Part shown: positions 61,477 to 64,000 of the stretch, piece by piece | How the letters are laid out: every line of letters begins with the position of its first letter | How positions within the stretch are numbered: position 1 is the stretch's first letter | Assembly (NCBI GenBank): GCA_905193155.1 | Contig: CAJJNQ010000010.1 | Location: forward strand, 378-64,377 | Length of the DNA stretch: 64,000 bases | Direction of reading: 5' to 3' | Origin: an uncultured Christensenella sp. | GTDB lineage: Bacteria > Bacillota > Clostridia > Christensenellales > UBA1750 | Position numbers and translations under genes: made by a program | Notes under the pieces: model-generated | Seen by the model: the letters and a program-made list of their open reading frames with translations, nothing else | Databases searched by the model: none | Told to the model about the DNA's origin: nothing

Positions 61477-62400
61477 TTGAAACGATGGAATCTGCGCAGA
61501 CTTTACCGTGGAGCGGTGGCTTGCGTGTGCCTGGCGGCGGGGCTTTCGGCCTTTGTGCAAAACGCTTATGCGGAGCCTACGCTTGCGCCTTCTCAAAGCG
61601 CGGCGGAATCCGCTGCGGACAGCGAATCGCCGTCGCCCACCATTGCGCTGACCAAAACGCCCGAACCCGTCAATCCTTATGCGGATCTTGTGCTCAAGGA
61701 CGGGGATTCCGGCGATGACGTGATCTCTTTACAGATGCGTCTGCGCGATTTGGGCTATTATAACTATAAAATCACCGGTGATTTCGGCAGTCTCACGGCG
61801 CAGGCGGTGCGCGATTTTCAGGAGGACAATAAGCTTAAGCAGGACGGTGTGGTCGGCGGCATGACAGCTGAAATGCTTTACGCTAATGGTGCGACCCGCT
61901 CGCTGTACAACCGCCGAATTCCGACCCCCACGCCGACTCCGACCCCGAAGCCCACACCCAAGCCGACCAAGTCTAGCGGCAAGGACACTTCTTCCTCCAA
62001 GTATGGCGTGATCAAGGAATGGTCGAAGATCAACCGTCTCGCACCGCGCGGATCGACCTTCACGGTCAAGGATTTCTATACCGGGATCACCTATACCTGC
62101 TACCGCATGGGTGGTCATAACCACATGGACGTTGAGCCTAAAACCAAGGATGATACCGCTAAGATGAAGAAGTCCATGGGCGGCAGATGGACCTGGCAGC
62201 GCCGGCCGCTGCTCGTCAAGATCAAGGGAACCTGGTATGCTGCGTCGCTCTACGGCGAGCCGCACGGCCAGCAGACCATCCGCAACAACGGTATGGACGG
62301 CCAGGTCTGCATCCACTTCCTCAACAGCCGTACACACGGTACCAACATCAAGGACCCCGATCACCAGCGCTGCATCCGCATCGCAGGCGGCAAAAAGTAA
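61477..62400 (+). CDS. secreted protein: signal peptide, PG_binding_1 domain, Pro/Thr linker, uncharacterised His/Cys-containing C-terminal domain
   Basis: Signal peptide ..SAFVQNAYA/EP; GDSGDDVISLQMRLRDLGYY..DGVVG; linker RIPTPTPTPTPKPTPKPT. TTG start lies 9-10 nt after GGGAG. Confidence 0.8.
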   Translation: MKRWNLRRLYRGAVACVCLAAGLSAFVQNAYAEPTLAPSQSAAESAADSESPSPTIALTKTPEPVNPYADLVLKDGDSGDDVISLQMRLRDLGYYNYKITGDFGSLTAQAVRDFQEDNKLKQDGVVGGMTAEMLYANGATRSLYNRRIPTPTPTPTPKPTPKPTKSSGKDTSSSKYGVIKEWSKINRLAPRGSTFTVKDFYTGITYTCYRMGGHNHMDVEPKTKDDTAKMKKSMGGRWTWQRRPLLVKIKGTWYAASLYGEPHGQQTIRNNGMDGQVCIHFLNSRTHGTNIKDPDHQRCIRIAGGKK

Positions 62401-62406
62401 AACAAG

Positions 62407-62446
62407 AAAAGCGCCTTTCCTGTTTTCAGCAGGAAAGGCGCTTTTT
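62407..62446. terminator. bidirectional terminator shared by convergent genes
   Basis: GCGCCTTTCCTG (62411-62422) pairs with CAGGAAAGGCGC (62430-62441). It is flanked by an A-run and a T-run. Confidence 0.8.
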
Positions 62447-63781
62447 GCGCAACCACTGCGGGCACAGAAGAAAGGGCAGGCAGAGCGCACGGAGCAATAT
62501 GCCGCGCTGCAGTCCCGCTGCGCGCATCAACGGGTGCAGCCGTCCCAAGACGCAGAGCACGGCGGAGAGGTAAAGCGTCAACAGAACGCCTCGCATTCCC
62601 GCACGCGGCACGAGCAGCAGGATGCCGCCGATCCGCAGCAGAGAGTCCGCAAACTCAATGCCCAGCGCAACCCGCTGCTTTCCCAGCGCTTTGAGCAGTA
62701 CGTCGCTGATGTGATCGAGACTGTGCAGCGGCAGGAGGGGACTGAGCAGCATCAGCAGCCCGACCGCTGCGGGTTCATGATAATAGAAACGCAGCACACT
62801 CGGCCCCAGCAGCAGAGAACCGCCGCAGCACAGCAGTCCGATCCAAAGCGACGCTGTCAATGCTTGTTCAACCAGGGTGCGCACACGGTGTTTTTCGTCC
62901 TGTGCGTTGGCCTGCGCCAGGCGCGGCAGCATCAGCGTGCCGATGGCGGCGGGCAATGCCGCCGGAAACATCAGCAGGGGCATGACGAGCCCCGAAAGCA
63001 ACCCATACTGCGCCAACGCTTGCGCGGCAGAAGCACCCGCCTGCCGCAGCAGAGCGGGGAGCAGCAGATTCTCCAAAGAGTGAACGCCGCCGCTGAGCAG
63101 TGCGCCAAGCCAGATGGGTAGGACGCTGTCCAACAAGAGTGAGTGCGGTGCAGGCTCTCCGGGCGGCTCTCGGCAGCGGAGATATGCGCCGGTCAATGCC
63201 AACAGAGAGATCAACTCCGCGGCAGAGGAGGCGAAAAACACAGCGGCGCACTGCATGCTCAGATCGCCTTCACATCGTCCCAGGAGAAGCAAACCCAGCC
63301 CAATGCGCACGGCCTGATCGACGGCCTCGGTGAGTGTTGGAACAAGCACCTTGCCACGCGAGAGAAAAACACCGCGCAGAGCAGCGGAAATACCCAGCAA
63401 CGGGAGTGACGGCGCAATCCAGCGCAGCGCCGCTGCCGTTCGGATGTCGCCCAATAGATGAAGTGCTAGAGAATCGGAGAAGAGGAAGAGAGCCATTGCA
63501 GGAAGCAGCCCCATTGCCGCACCGTAAAAACAAGCCTGCTGCACAACGGAGCGCGCCTGAGAACGGCGCTCTGCGCAAAGGCGGCTGACGGTGAGCGGAA
63601 TTCCGGCACAAGTTAGCAGAGAACAAAAGAGATCGACGGTGGAAATGAGCTGATAAATCCCCATTCCCTCTGCGCCAAGGCGATCAGTCAACGCGAGACG
63701 AAAGAGCAGCCCGGCACCGCGCAGCGCAAAGGAGGAGAGCGTCAGCGTAAATATTCCTGCGAGAGCCCGGCGGCGTTTCAT
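62426..63781 (-). CDS. MOP-superfamily flippase (SpoVB/MurJ-like polysaccharide or lipid II flippase)
   Basis: Polytopic membrane protein whose N-terminus ..LTDRLGAEGMGIYQL.. is typical of SpoVB-like proteins. ATG 63781 is preferred over the ORF-track start at 63817. Confidence 0.75.
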   Translation of the reverse strand: MKRRRALAGIFTLTLSSFALRGAGLLFRLALTDRLGAEGMGIYQLISTVDLFCSLLTCAGIPLTVSRLCAERRSQARSVVQQACFYGAAMGLLPAMALFLFSDSLALHLLGDIRTAAALRWIAPSLPLLGISAALRGVFLSRGKVLVPTLTEAVDQAVRIGLGLLLLGRCEGDLSMQCAAVFFASSAAELISLLALTGAYLRCREPPGEPAPHSLLLDSVLPIWLGALLSGGVHSLENLLLPALLRQAGASAAQALAQYGLLSGLVMPLLMFPAALPAAIGTLMLPRLAQANAQDEKHRVRTLVEQALTASLWIGLLCCGGSLLLGPSVLRFYYHEPAAVGLLMLLSPLLPLHSLDHISDVLLKALGKQRVALGIEFADSLLRIGGILLLVPRAGMRGVLLTLYLSAVLCVLGRLHPLMRAAGLQRGILLRALCLPFLLCPQWLRKKRLSC

Positions 63782-63937
63782 GGCGGCACATCCTTTCTCG
63801 GCCATTTTATGCAGCAATCCGGAACAACAGACTTAAAAACAAAAGATCTTATGTCAGAACATATTCGAAAATTTCTTAAAATCGGCTTTTCATTCAACGT
63901 TTTTTTGTAAAATAGCGATTTAATCAAGAAATTAGGC

Positions 63938-63968
63938 TTGACTTTTTTTCTGGATATGTTATTATAAT
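63938..63968 (+). promoter_or_regulatory. sigma-A-like promoter reading rightwards out of the window
   Basis: TTGACT at 63938-63943, then TGtTATTAT (extended -10, 16-nt spacer) overlapping TATAAT at 63963-63968. Confidence 0.45.
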
Positions 63969-64000
63969 ATCGTTCTGTGAAACGGTCTTTATTGAGCCAC

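Noticed and set aside
61918-61975. A short CCGAC/CCCAC-type nucleotide repetition.
   Set aside because: It encodes the Pro/Thr/Lys linker of the secreted protein. It is neither a CRISPR array nor a non-coding tandem repeat.

Overview
The window is a high-GC (roughly 60% by eye) Firmicute chromosome segment, probably from a spore-forming member of the Clostridia. This is inferred from spoIVA, a SpoVB-like flippase and Bacillus-like gene order. About 60 genes are present and almost all lie on the + strand. Content from left to right: the tail of an unknown gene and xylB; a ParE/ParC-type topoisomerase pair; a VanX-like dipeptidase; a long A-rich spacer; a five-gene Opp/Dpp-type ABC importer, followed by a translationally coupled set of cytoplasmic cell-wall-peptide enzymes (LdcA, a signal-less class A beta-lactamase-fold protein, a YkfC-like NlpC/P60 endopeptidase, an Amidohydro_3 enzyme); a CE4 deacetylase and a tandem-OB SSB-like protein; FAH, yerC-like, pcrA, ligA; the classic 'ylo' block (yicC-like, remA, gmk, rpoZ, coaBC, priA, def, fmt, rsmB, rlmN, prpC, prkC, rsgA, rpe, thiN, with rpmB convergent); cysteine desulfurase-thiI; an L,D-transpeptidase; rpmE; DUF1385-prmC-prfA; tsaC/sua5, an LMW phosphatase, rpiB, upp; a GNAT; a MATE gene relic; spoIVA; tRNA-Arg(CCG). 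The only clearly accessory stretch follows the tRNA (about 51975-54400). It is visibly AT-rich and holds a stop-interrupted gene, two tiny overlapping ORFs (a lipoprotein and a partner), an HExxH membrane protein, and two diverged copies of a module made of a gene tail plus a terminator. One of those copies is still attached to a truncated minus-strand gene fragment. I read this as a decayed integrated element. The window ends with degV, a small carbohydrate-type enzyme cluster, a secreted PG-binding protein and a SpoVB/MurJ-like flippase. No CRISPR array, rRNA, intact transposase or intact integrase is visible. The best candidate for an under-described system is the importer plus cytoplasmic murein-peptide-degrading cluster. 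It resembles the B. subtilis dpp-ykf logic but uses different parts. All functional calls come from motif and family recognition by eye; no searches were run.
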